Of a stretch of DNA of 64,000 nt, positions 40,301 to 53,323 are shown piece by piece (positions within the stretch are counted from its first letter, which is position 1; each line of letters begins with the position of its first letter). Source of the stretch: Paraspadella gotoi (lineage: Eukaryota; Animalia; Chaetognatha); assembly GCA_051294375.1 (NCBI GenBank), contig CM119265.1, positions 22,134,278 through 22,198,277 of the forward strand, in the 5' to 3' direction. Under the pieces are notes generated by a model that saw nothing but the letters and a program-made list of their open reading frames with translations, was not told where the DNA came from and ran no database searches. Position numbers and translations under genes: made by a program.

Positions 40301-43300
40301 GTTTTTTTTTGGATTAAATACGAAAAAATTAAAAGGATGACATAACACAATTTAGTAGTCGATTGGCGATTTGTTATCGGATAGGAATCGAACGATCGAT
40401 ATTAAAACAATATAAAAAATATATAACAAAATACCGACTAGTTTATGGAAATGGTCACCGAAAGTTAGTTTTAATGACTTTGGGCGCAAAGACAGTCCGT
40501 AACGGAAGTGCTTCGATATACTTGACGTCACTATTGAATCTTCGGAGCTGACGAAAAAATTGCAACTATGTATAGTTCCTGCAAAAACTTGTATTTTCTT
40601 TTATTTTATTTTTTCAATCGATTAAGCTTAATAAGTGTTTTCCGCTAAGTATCCTATCTCTCGATAATAAAATATAAAATAAAGATGGAAACTTATGTTA
40701 CGTAATCTATATTTACATCGGAGAAAAGCGAGATGTGGTAACGATTTTTAAAAAAAAATAGCTGAAGCAATTAATTTTTATTAACTTTTTTTAACAATTA
40801 CGCTTTCTTTCAAGTTCAACTGACGAACACTGACGACTACTCCGGAGGGTATTCTGATATTAGATTATACTAAAAGCAGCAAATTGATTATATTACAGTG
40901 TCTTGGAAGTTGGGGGAAAAAATAATAAAAGTGATCTTGTGTAAAAATAATTAAATGAGACTTACAAAATTGGGTACAACAAATATAAATTTTACCTTAA
41001 ATCATTCATTCACGAAACTTCATTGCGTATTATAATTTAAAAAAAAACAAATTAAAAACACTATTCTCCTCTCAGAGTATTAGATTACATACTGCAGCAA
41101 AGCCAAAGAATAATTTTACTCAGTATCGATAGGTTAACGCCGTCTGTCGCTTTGTTGAGCTGCTCATATAGCGACATCCTCTATATCACATCCACACACT
41201 CGCATGAAGAACCGAGGGGGTCATCTTCCTGTTCCGAAGGATGCGACGCACAAGAGCTCCCGCCGTAACTCGGCAGAAAGAATTCGACCTTCTTCAAGCA
41301 AAAACGAGCCCACGAGTAACTGGTGGCGTAAACTCCGACCCTCGTCGGTCGCGCGTCACAGTTAACAGTCTGGGCGTAAGTGGTGCCTGCCCATTTCACG
41401 AGTGAGGTGCTGGCACTGCAGGAGCCTTCGTTCCATCTTAAGGCGGACGTTGTCCACTCCCCACATATGCATGTAGTAGCAGAGCGTCCATTTCACGCCG
41501 GTAACTGTTTGGGCCTGACGAATAACAGGGATGAAATACACGTGATGTTGAGGCGGAAGAATTAAAAAAAAAGATTTTTAATCGTAATAAATAATTGTAA
41601 TGAATATTTATAAAAATCTAAACTTAAAATAGTGAAACGATTAATTTTTGCAATTTTCTTTTTATTCTTGTGGTGCAGATCCTGAATTTGGTTTAGCCAT
41701 TGTTATTTCGTTATTACTACATACTCTTTAGTTAAAGTAGACGCGACTCGAAACTACATAATATTGAGAAAGAGCGAGAAAAAAAAAAAAGAAAAAAAGA
41801 AAGACATTCCCATTCCCCAATGCGATACTTTCTTCTTATGTACCTTCTAACAAGAACTCCTCCGAAGTTCTTTTCGTTTCTGCGTTCGATTTTCGACGAT
41901 CTCTCTTGACACGCCTCCGCCTCCGCCGGGCACGCCGGCCACGAGGGCGCTTGCTCAGAAACCCCGAAATGCGCGACCCCGTCGGCCATTTCCGCACTAA
42001 GGCGATATTTATTTTGGCTCGTGAAGCGGAAAAAGAAGGCCCGAAGCAGAGGAGACACAAAAGAGCATCGACAGGAAAAACGATCGAAAGATGTCACTGA
42101 CCACGACGACATCTTGGGCGGAATCAGAGAAGAGAGTGAAAGGTTGCCATAAAGAGGGCCGAAAAAAGTAGAGAGAAAAAAAGAGAAAATATAGGAGAAA
42201 AAAAAACTTAACTGCAGATGGACCTGGTTCTACGGAAAGCCTATTTCTGTAAAAGCAGCCAAAGAGACTCGGATAAAACAATTTTGGTCGGTCGATCTCA
42301 TCGGTCAGTTTTTTTAGTCTTTCATCAAAAATTTTATTATTTAAAAAAATATATATACGAATATAACATTACAGATATCGGATAATGACCAAATTGAAAC
42401 CTAATACCTACTTTTATGATAAAAAAACATACTCAGCTTATACCGATGAAGTTGAAGAACCTTTATTTGCTTTTCTTGTTCAAACAACTGACGAAGCGAC
42501 AATCGATATGCAGTTCTCTTTTTACAGTGTCAGTAATGGCCAATTTCCATAGGATTGATGTTGTTAAAAAAAATAAAAAATAACAATAATATATTAATAT
42601 TAGCTCTCTTTTTTTGACCATGAACTCAATCCAAAGATTATTTTTATATTGCAGAATCGGTAATAAATATTTGTAAAGAAAAAAGTACAGACAACTATAG
42701 ATTAAGTGAAACTGTACTTGCATGGAATTGTGATGTCGTTTCTATGCTACCGTTACATTATGCCTCTCTCACCAATCGATAACAAGTTGGAAAAATAACA
42801 GGAAAAACGTGACAAATGTAGAAGTTTCGAGAGATTTAACACACCAGATAACTAACTGTTAAAATAAACATATGAGAGTAATTGACAGAATCTAAATTCT
42901 TCAAATTAAATAGCAACATGCGGATGAAGAATATTTATTCAAGAAAGTATTTCTTTTGAACAAAGGAACGAATGAACTTTGAAGGCATCGTATTAATAAC
43001 AATATTTTAAGGCACTAAAAATTCCTTATCCTCAATAACAATTAAACACATAAAGATCGTATAAATCCCTAATAAATCCATCGGTTAAACTTGATATAAT
43101 CTCTTGACTTCCTTCGATGAATTTTCTTGACGAGAGTCTTCCACTCGGTCGAGGCACGGAGACCCCCGACGAGGCGCTCGTCGTTGTCCTCGTCTTTGCT
43201 GTCGTCGTCGTCGTCCTCGTCGTCGTCCCTCTCGCCTCCGTCCTCTTCTTCGTCGTCGTCTTCTTCGCCGGCCTCGTCTTCGTTCCATCTCCCAGAGAAT

Positions 43301-44439
43301 CTCGTCCAAACCGCCGCCGCGCCGCTCGAAGTTCGACGGCGGCGCCATCGCTTGAATGGCGGCGCGCCGGTTGGGGGCGCGGGGCAGAGGAAGAGCAGGA
43401 GAAGAAAGCACCGATGGAATCGAAGATTCGGAGGAACGAGATTTCAAAAGTTCTTCACGGTTTTGTTCACCATTCGTCGGCCTGTGAATTTTATACATTT
43501 AAATTTAGATTGCTACTTGTTTCAAATCATCGCCGGGTTTATGTTAATGCAGTAAACTTGAGGCTGTCAATAACAATAAAACTGTCTTGTCTAGCGAGTG
43601 TCCCCGCAGAAGCAACTCGTCTTTGGTCAGAAATGTCAGTTTATCAATGCTATTAGCCCAAACGACCCAAACGACCCAAACTTTTTATTTCCCGCGAAAA
43701 CATCCAGTCTAATCCTTGCCTTCGATGAGCTCCTTGAAGAACTTGGAGTCTCCGTCGCATCTCGCATTCTCTCTTCGTTATTCGGTTAGTCGAGTCGCTC
43801 GACGAGGCGGGAGCGTCTCCTACTGCGCCTCGTGCGCCCGCCGCGTCGGTGGCAGCGGCGACACCTTCGACGCGTTTCGGTTTCGAGCGCGCCCTTCCGC
43901 AAAACTGCGTCGATTTTGTCTCCAACTTCGCGGCGCGCAGATTCGAATTCGGGGAGGACAAAATCTGTAAGGTAGAGTGGAAATAAATGAACAATGAATC
44001 AAAAATAAATAAATAAATTCAATCAAATGGTGTAACCTGCTCTTCCGTCTTCCCGGAAACATCTTGGCCAACAGCGGCACCACTCCTCCGTTTTCCACAC
44101 CCACAACGGCGACGGCCTTGAGCAGGTGTCGCTTGACCTCCTCCGCGGCCGCCCGAGTTGCCGTCGCCGTCGCCTGGCAACGAAGAAGCGACCGACGAGG
44201 GGATCGAATTCGATCGCCTGTTCGAAGTAGGCGACGGCGTCTTCGTGTTGTCTCTCCCGCGTCATCGCCAAACCGTAGTGATGATAGATGAAGGCGATGC
44301 GAGAACTGACGGATCATCAGAGGGATCCAGATCGAGGGCCTTTGAAGAAGGAGGGAATATAATGGGAGATGGAAGGACAATTTAACTTTAGTCTCGGGTT
44401 TTGTTTCCCGCTTTTTTTGTCTGTCTCTCTGTCTCTCTG

Positions 44440-44470
<31 letters not shown>

Positions 44471-44820
44471 AAAACTTTATTCTAAACTTATCTAAACTCA
44501 AGTCTCTCTCTCTCTCTCTGGCCTGTCTGTCTGTTCTGTCTCTCTCTCTCTTAATTTCAAAGTGATCTAAAGAAATTCTAGGCCAAGTGGCTGACGTTGC
44601 CTATGTTTGCGTATATCTTTAAAAATCTCTTTCATTTTCTAATCTTTGTTCAGTGAACAAGTGTTCCCCGTAGCGCAAAAAAAGTATAAGATTGACTTGG
44701 AATGCGATTTATTAAAAAAGCGACAGTTGAGCAAGAAAATGATCGATTAGCAATTTTTACACCATGAAGTCAAAGAAGTCAACGCTTGAGTTTGATCGTC
44801 TCTCGATCGAAGTCTTCTCT
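33790..44820. other. Noisy ~11-kb copy of 44858-56090 (probable assembly artefact or haplotig)
   Basis: Collinear end to end with the block after the 25-N gap (44833-44857). Scattered single-base indels break nearly every ORF. Confidence 0.9.
35579..37833 (+). pseudogene. MFSD12: Frameshifted copy of the MFSD12-like gene inside the noisy duplicate
   Basis: Near-identical to 46679-48948 but with many 1-nt indels. More likely sequencing error than a true pseudogene. Confidence 0.6.
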
Positions 44821-44914
44821 TCTCTCTCTGTTNNNNNNNNNNNNNNNNNNNNNNNNNTATATATATATATTATATATGCTATAAATAAATAATTTCATTT
44901 TGTGAAATGTTTAG

Positions 44915-45359
44915 GTTGCTGAACACATCCCGTCCAAATTCGAGAACATTTTTCTCGACAACTTATCTCGCCACGCCGGTTATGGGATCGTGCTGTCATG
45001 GGCGGAACCTAATCAACCGGGTGATTAAGTTTAACGGATAATAATAATTTACTACTAATACCTACCTAAAAATAAGAATTTTCTAGTTGACGACTAGAGT
45101 TTTGAAGCACTGAAGATAAATATTCATTGGCAAAAATTGAATCATTTTAAAAATGAGCGTTTTATTGGTAACAGGTTTGAGTCACGTAAATAATCAACCG
45201 GCGTCTCACGTCATCGAAGCGATGAGTCGTCGGGGCTTCCGGTTGGACGAGGAATTATCCAATCAGCTTCGTCGATCCGCTTCGGTTCCGTGGCTCAGGA
45301 GGAACGTCAACGTCTTCCTCAGAAGGACGGACGCCCCTTTGGATCCGAGAATGGCTTGA
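44915..45359 (+). CDS. Clean copy of methyltransferase exons 4-5
   Basis: VAEHIPSKFENIFLDNLSRHAGYGIVLSWAEPNQPG / LSHVNNQPASHVIEAMSRRGF...PRMA*, with an intact frame. Confidence 0.8.
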
Positions 45360-45385
45360 TGGGAAGAAATAGATAAGAGTAGCTT

Positions 45386-45467
<82 letters not shown>

Positions 45468-46678
45468 AATAGCATTTGGATTAGAATGTGAGGTCGTACA
45501 GGAGATAAATATGTCGTATGACAATGGCGGGAATCGCCTGTGATGCCCGGGGCGAGGGACATCTCACCGGCTGGCGTTAGGAGCTTCGCACTCCTTGGCG
45601 GAGGACACAGTCCCTTCGCATCATCAACTCTTTCACGCGAAGAAAGTTTTTAATGACTTATTCTTAGCCATTGAATTTGCGCCTTAAACTCCATTGTCTT
45701 TCCTTTTATTCCAAACACAAATGTTGACAGTGACTTTCTGATACTGACAATTTAAACCTGTTCGTTGTGATTCTCTAATCTTAGTCTTTACATATTATCA
45801 ATTTTTAAAAAAAATTGACCATTTTAATAAAAATTTTGCTGTCTGAGGGTAAATTTTGTTTCGGTTCTATTGTCCAATACGGTGAATTCATTAATAAACA
45901 TTTTTTAACATGAGAAATTGCCTAATTTATTGTGAAATGTGTAGTAAATACCCAAGAGAACCTAAGCATATTTTGTCGATCAATGACGAGGGCAATCACG
46001 AGGGGACTTTTTTCTATCGTAAAATAATTGACGCTGAAAGCAAATCACAAAAGATCAAGCATTACAATAATCTCCCTCGCATGTCGGGGGAATTTTAATA
46101 CAAAACTAAACTTTATTTTTAGTTAGAAAATATCCAACAAATAAGTTATAATGAAACCGCATAGCTTTAAAATCGCCTGAAAATTCAATTGATGCTCTTT
46201 TTTTCTAAAAATAAAAATGACCTCTTTTTCAATCACCCAGCGGCGCACATGACAAAATTAAAATAAAAAGAAATAGCAAAGGATGTTCAAAATAGTTAAG
46301 CTCACTTAGAAATTCTTATTTATTTAAACAGATATTAAAAAGTTATTTAATACAATAAGCACACGATGTTCAGTGTTTTCGTTCATTTGGATCGGCGATA
46401 ACAAATTTAATTGCTTTCTCTTATCTTTTATTCTCTTATCTTCATCGTTTTTGCTCGAGGAACAAGAAACATGAATTAAAAAAAAAAGCTAAATAAAAGA
46501 ATATAGACGAAACTGAAAACTGAAACTGAAAACATAGACTAAGTTGTCCTACACAATTACACAATTACCAACTCTTTGTGGTTAATGACTTACGACCTTT
46601 AATCTAAAAAAACCACTGAATTTAAAAATAAAATTATTAGGTGTACTTGAATTATAAGTTAATTATTCGCACAGAAAG

Positions 46679-48948
46679 ATGATTTTATCAAAGGATCACA
46701 AATGGATTCAGTATCTCGCATACGGCGTTGGTCACATGCAAAACGATCTCTCCGCGGCACTATGGTTCTCTTACTTCGTTTTCTTCTATCAAAAAGTTTT
46801 GTGTGAGAATATTTTAAACTATCAATCTCGCCACTTTAAAATTAATAAAAAATAACGTCAAATATTTCAAAATTGTCATGTTATGATGTCGATAAAAAAC
46901 TCGTCGCCAGGTTTCGATCCTACGGTGGTGGGAATTCTGATGATCGTCGGCCAATTCGCCGATGCTGTCGCCACGCCAATCTGCGGCTACGAGTCCGATA
47001 AGGCGCCCAAAGTAAGATAGAAATGATACTAGAGTCAAGGTACCTCGGCCTCCTATGAATCGTATAATTTTCCAAACGGAGTCAATGACGTCGACCTCGA
47101 TCGATTTTGAACGCAGAAGGGATGACGTTTTTCTACAGCTGTCAATTGATATTCACAATTTACAGATATTTCCCATCTGTGGAAGATATGGGCGTCGAAA
47201 GTCATGGCATCTCGGGGGCGTCATTGCGGTGACGATAAGGTAGACTTTAAATATGAAATTGGTACAACCACTATAAAATTATCCAATATTCTAAATAAGC
47301 TATCTTGTCTCGTGAATTTAGAATTTTGGAATTGGTGATTTAAACTAATATGGCGAAAATGAACGTGGTTTCTCAAAACCGTTTTTATTTAAAACAAAAT
47401 TATCAGTTTCCCTTTCCTGTTTTGGAGCGTCCCGGAAATCAACGACGCAGCGCAATGGGCCCGTTGCATATTTTACGCCCCCGTCATTTGCTTGTTTCAA
47501 TTCGGTTGGGCTTCGACGCAGGTGGCACACATGAGTCTCATCCCGGAAATGGCGGAGGAAGAGAGAGAAAGAGTCATTTTAAATTCTCTTAGATACGCGG
47601 CACAGGTGGGAGTTATGTTTTTTTTTTTTGTAATACGAATTACAGGTTCAATAAGTTCACTCAACCGGTTACCCTTGCACAGGTTGTTGCAAACGTCCTC
47701 GCTTACGGCATCTTCTGGAGTCTCCTCGGCATGGAAGCCTCTAAAGACGAGTTCTCGTACAAGGATCTGCCAAAGTTTCGCAATTTGGCGCTGATTTGCG
47801 ATTTCACCGGTCTTTTCTTCGCCATTTGTTTTCAACTAGGAATCAAAGAGGCTCCGATTCTGGTCGACAGGCGCTCCCAGCCTCAATCCGAGACTCAGCC
47901 CCAACCTCACCAACCCTCGTTTCGAAAAAGCGAAGAGGTCAAAGATGACGAATTCACTTGGAGGTCCTACTTCAAGCTCCCAGTCTTCTACCTCGTCGGC
48001 TGCCTCTACGTCTGCGCGCGCATGATCTTCAACGTGGGACAGACTTATCTCCCTTTTTATCTGGAGGAAAGTTTAAAGCTGGGCAACCAATACGTGGCCA
48101 TCTTGCCGTTGATCGTTTTCGTGGCGGGATTCGTGGCTTCTCTCCTAACCCGGTTTCTGAGTAAAATACTCGGCCTCCACGCCATGTTCGTCGTGGGCGC
48201 GGTCGCCGTGATCGGCGCCAGCGTCTGGATGTATTTTCCAATAAAAGGCGCGACGATCTACGGTCCGGTCATTTTTCTAGGCGCGGGTCAGTCGGTCTTG
48301 GTCATCCTATCAATGTCCTTCATCACTGAAATGATCGGCGGGCGGAAAGGAACGGCCGGTTTCGTTTTCGGCTTCATGTCCACCGTGGAGAAGATTTCCG
48401 GAGGTGTGGTCCTTCTCGCCCTCCAACACTCTACGCCGGAGAAGAATCGAGTCGAGGAGCGGAGGGAGTTCTACAAGGACATCATGGCGTTTCTTTGCGG
48501 GTGTTCCAGCCTAGTCGCCGTCTTCTTCCTCGCCGCCCACTGGTGTCTCTCTTGTTTGCGAGAGAAGCAAGACCAGGCGGACGAAGAGATAGAGGACGAG
48601 CCCGAACTGCCCGACAACTTCGATCGGCAGCGAACTTCGGCCGTCGGGCTCTTGGGAGCCGAAGTGGGCGAGATCGAGGATTCGACGCCGTCGGTGGAGA
48701 TGGTGGCGGGCCGATTGAGGAGGCGTCGATCGAGGGTAGACTCGATCGTCTCGTCCACGGAGAGGAGAAGAGGCTTCAGCATCCGCGATGTTCTCGAGGA
48801 TTCCTTCAAGGAAGGCGCCTTAAGCTTCAAGGAGGCAAGAGGAGCGTCCATCATGGCGTTCGCTTCGTCGACGGAGGAAGAATTAGTCAGAGATCGAGTG
48901 ACGTCGGGATCTTCGGTGATCGTTGATGTGAACCCAAGTTACGCTTGA
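46679..48948 (+). CDS. MFSD12: MFSD12-like major facilitator superfamily transporter (5 exons)
   Basis: Spliced product has YGVGHMQNDLSAALWFSY, GQFADAVATPICGYESD, YGRRKSWHLGG, FQFGWASTQVAHMSLIPE, LRYAAQVVAN, GQTYLPFYL, AGFVFGFMSTVEKISGG, all matching MFSD12 motifs. Confidence 0.92.
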
Positions 48949-49193
48949 CGAGTCCGTTTTGAACGATAAAGGTGACGATTTTTTCTCCCCTTTTTTGTTT
49001 TTTTAATAAAAATTTCCGGGAACAAAATAATGTGGTCGACTTAAGTGCTACCATTACTTCTTAGCTAACTTTCCTGCTTGCAATAAATTAGTGGTTAAGC
49101 CCTAAAACATTCCTAACGTCAGCAGGAGAAAAAGAAATACAAAACTTTGTAGCTTTGACATTATTTATCAAAAAATTGGCTTTACTTAAAATA

Positions 49194-49460
49194 CACTAAC
49201 CGTTCACACCGGTCATTGTTGCAGGAGGGGTGCATGTGTTCTAACTCGGTGGCCGCATAGCAGTTATGGTGGACTAAAATCCACCAACCGTTCATCAGCG
49301 GCCATTGGTGCAGGAGGTAAGTCATTCGCCACCCAACCCAAAGGTCCGGAGTTCTAGCCCGGTGGTCGCCTAGCAGTTAAGAGGGACGGGGCGCTTAACC
49401 CGCCTGTAACAGTATTACAGGCTGCCTGTTACAGCCTGATCCGAAGATCAGGGACTGTTT
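49194..49460 (+). mobile_element. tRNA-derived SINE-like or Pol III element with structured tail (noisy copy at about 38061-38325)
   Basis: 49300-49368: GGCCATT..GGTGGTCG acceptor-like ends, A-box-like TGGTGCAGGAGG, B-box-like GAGTTCTAGCC. It is preceded by an internally deleted duplicate and followed by hairpins 49402-49422 and 49435-49452. Confidence 0.5.
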
Positions 49461-49843
49461 ATATTAAACGATTAAATCACTAACTCATAACAATTATTCT
49501 GTCTCACTAGACTCGTGTACAATAGACAAATATCTGGTTAGAAAATTTTACAACACTACCTAATCCTAATAAATATGGTCATTTCAGTTTTAAAGGGATT
49601 CATTCTTAGGAAAATTTGAAGTTGTGTATTTATTTAGGTGATGTTGGTAGATAATATAATTAATAGATAAATCGTTGAAAAATTATTCACATGAGGTTAA
49701 AAAAACAGATTACAGAATATAAAAAAAATTGTTTCTCATCCCGAAGCAAAGTTTGTCTGTGAAGCACCATGTTTTTACAAATAGTCAATGCAACCCATTG
49801 GAATTGCCGCTCGGCGTTGAAAAGGGAAAAAAAAGCCACGAAA

Positions 49844-51298
49844 TTAAGAATAGTCTTCGTTTGAATCAGAACTGAGACATATTTTCCCTTCGTAATCGTA
49901 TTCACACGAGAACTTTAATCTTTTTCGCTCATAATTCGGTTCCCGACCTCTACAAGCAAAAATGACATTTTCATCGTCATCGTAGCGACAAATCCTTAAT
50001 CCAAAGTTTGTAGAGTTGCCCACGATATTTTTTAATATATTTTCAATGGAATTGAAGCGTTCGCGTGAAGAGGAGTTCACCATACGTAGTCGGACAAAAA
50101 CAGTTTCCGGGTTGACTTCACACGTTACGTTTGCGGTAAATTTATTGATGTTCCTTGCTCTTCTCCCTCGCATGTTCTCAGCATCGGTAAACCCTGACTG
50201 TGAATTTTTTCTTTTACTGTAGACGAGAGGCTCGACACAATCTTTGTCATTCCAATCTACTTGTAGCAATAGGTTTTCCAACTTATTTTCATTTACATTC
50301 CTCGAAAACGTAAACCTCACCCAATATTTGGACTTTGTTCCTGAACAAAAAAAAAAAAAAAAAACAACCAATTAAAGATATTATTTCATTGCTTGTGCAA
50401 AACACAAGCGCTTCCTACCGGCTAATGCTGAAGTCGATAGAATAGGAAATTGAGTCTTTTCAACAGCGAATGCCAACTGAGACGTTGAAAAATAAAAAGA
50501 AGAATCCAGTTTAATGTTCGTTGCTTCGACACTTGTTTTCGTCGATTCGAATGAAGTGAATTCTTTTGCCGAAGATGATTCTTCGACAAATGTGAGTTGA
50601 GATAAATCTTTTTCAGTTCTTCCGGAATCAAATGAATTTTCATGAATGAAAGCAAAGCTCGAAGCAGCGGTTAAAGTCTTTGTATCTATTTCTCTGGATA
50701 TTTCTGGATTCTGTTTATTAGATGAGTCTGCTCCTGTGAGTTCAGGCGACACGTTTGACGAGTCCTCTTCTGAGAATGAATAATCAAAAGGGTCTGCCGT
50801 TGATTGCATCTCGAAATATTCTTTTCCTTCTCTTGATTTCGCCGGTAGATTTATTAAGACGGATTTCCCTGTATATGTTTCGACTTTGGTTGGCTCGATC
50901 TCCTCTTGCAAGAGCTTTCTTGGCGTCACCCTCGTGAGTGCGACATCGGCAAGAGCAACCGTCGTTTCCAGTGCGACGTTTGACATCGTGGGCGTCATCA
51001 GTTCCATCTCGACCGCTGATGCTCCCGTTGCCGCATTTGCCGCATTTGATGACTTTGTTTCGACCCTCAAAGGAGTCGACTCCATCACCGATATTGCGAA
51101 AGACGTTTCTATGGAAACTGGCGCTACCGGCGCATGATGAGGCGCCCGATTGGAGCCCGTCGAGCGCCGAACTACGCGCCCTTCTTCGCCCGCGCCGTTC
51201 GATCCTCGTCGAATCAAAACGACGCCGGTTGAGTCGACACCGGGAGGTGACGTCGCAAGAAATGTCGCGACGATTAGGAAGAAGTGAGACGTCGACAT
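49844..51298 (-). CDS. Orphan secreted protein with Ser/Thr/Glu-rich mucin-like region and Cys-containing C-terminal domain (~458 aa)
   Basis: Exons 50419-51298 and 49844-50340 join in phase 1 across a GT-AG intron. N-terminal signal-like MSTSHFFLIVATFLATS. Confidence 0.7.
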
Positions 51299-52339
51299 GT
51301 TTCTACATTAGGTCGCAGGCATTATAGTATAAAACCTACTGAAGAACAAATACTCTTTAGTATTCGAACAGAGTTAAATATCAAAACATTAGTATAACTC
51401 TTTTTTGTTTATCCAACTCAATGTTTACGTAAAGAAAACGCAAAATGTTTTTTTTTTTGGATTAAATACGAAAAATTAAAAGGATGACATAACACAATTT
51501 AGTAGTCGATTGGCGATTTGTTATCGGATAGGAATCGAACGATCGATATTAAAACAATATAAAAAATATATAACAAAATACCGACTAAGTTCCTTCATCT
51601 CGGAAATGGTCACGAAAAGTTAGTTTTAATGACTCTTGGGCGCAAAGACAGTCCGGTAACGGAAGTGCTTCGATATACTTGACGTCACTATGAATCTTCG
51701 GAGCTGACGAAAAAATTGCAACTATGTATAGTTCCTGCAAAAACTTGTATTTTCTTTTATTTTATTTTTTCAATCGATTAAGCTAATAAGTGTTTTCCGC
51801 TAAGTATCCTATCTCTCCGATAATAAAAATAAAAATAAAGATGGAAACTTATGTTACGGTAATCTATATTTACATCGGAGAAAAGCGAGATTGAGTAACG
51901 ATTTTTAAAAAAAAATAGCTGAAGCAATTAATTTTTATTAACTTTTTTTAACAATTACGCTGTTCTTTCAAGTTCAACTGACGAACACTGACGACTACTC
52001 CGGAGGGTATTCTGATATTAGATTATACTAAAAGCAGCAAATTGATTATATTACAGTGTCTTGGAAGTTGGGGAAAAATAATAAAAGTGATCTTGTGTAA
52101 AAATAATTTAAATGAGACTTACAAAATTGGTACAACAAATATAAATTTTATCCTTTAAATCATTCATTCACGAAACTTCATTGCCGTGTTATAATTAAAA
52201 AAAAAAAAAATTAAAAACACTATTCTCCTCTCAGAGTATTAGATTACATACTGCAGCAAAGCCAAAGAATAATTTTACTCAGTATCGATAGGTTAACGCC
52301 GTCTGTCGCTTTGTTGAGCTGCTCATATAGCGACATCCT

Positions 52340-53323
52340 CTATATCACATCCACACACTCGGCATGAAGAACCGAGGGGGTCATCTTCCTGTTCCCGAAG
52401 GATGCGACGCACAAGAGCCTCCCGCCGTAACTCGGCAGAAAGAATTCGACCTTCTTCAAGCAAAAACGAGCCCACGAGTAACTGGTGGCGTAAACTCCGA
52501 CCCTCGTCGGTCGCGCGTCACAGTTAACAGTCTGGGCGTAAGTGGTGCCTGCCCAGTTCCACGAGGAGGTGCTGGCACTGCAGGAGCCTTCGTTCCATCT
52601 TAAGCGGACGTTGTCCACTCCCCACATATGCATGTAGTAGCAGAGCGTCCATTTCACGCGGTAACTGTTTGGGCCTGACGAATAACAGGGGATGAAATAC
52701 ACGTGATGTTGAGGCGGAAGAATTAAAAAAAAAAAGATTTTAATTCGTAATAAATAATTGTAATGAATATTATAAAATCTAAAACTTAAAATAGTGAAAC
52801 GAGTAATTTTGCAATTTTCTTTTTCATCTTGTGGTGCAGATCCTGAATTTGGTTAGCCATTTTTATTTCGTAATGATTTCTATCTAACTACAAGTACGGT
52901 ATACGGTATACTACATACTCTTTAGATTAAAGAAGACGCGACTCGAACTATATAATATTGAGAAAGAGCGAGAAAAAAAAAGGAAAAAAAGGGAAAAAAA
53001 GACATTCCCATTCCCCAATGCGATACTTTCTTCTTATGAAATTGGTACAACCAACCTTCTAACAAGAACTCCTCCGAAGTTCCGTTCGTTTCCTGCGTTC
53101 GATTTTCGACGATTCTCTCTTGACACGCCTCCGCCTCCGCCGGGCACGCCGGCCACGAGGGCGCTTGCTTAAGAAAGCCCGAAATGCGTGACCCCGTCGG
53201 CCATTTCCGCACTAAGGCGATATTTATTTTGGCTCGTGAAGCGGAAAAAGAAGCCGAAGCAGAGGAGACACAAAAGAGCATCGACAGGAAAACGACGAAA
53301 GATGTCACTGACCACGACGACAT
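52340..53323 (-). CDS. Orphan small secreted Cys/Trp-rich protein (~200 aa)
   Basis: Exons 53056-53323 and 52340-52674 join in phase 1 (GT-AG). Signal peptide MSSWSVTSFVVFLSMLFCVSSASA; the C-terminal exon has 6 Cys and 6 Trp. Confidence 0.7.

Noticed and set aside
38690-44340. Paralogs or pseudogenes of the two secreted proteins and the TTC16 3' exons
   Set aside because: They lie within the noisy duplicate and are better explained as sequencing error.
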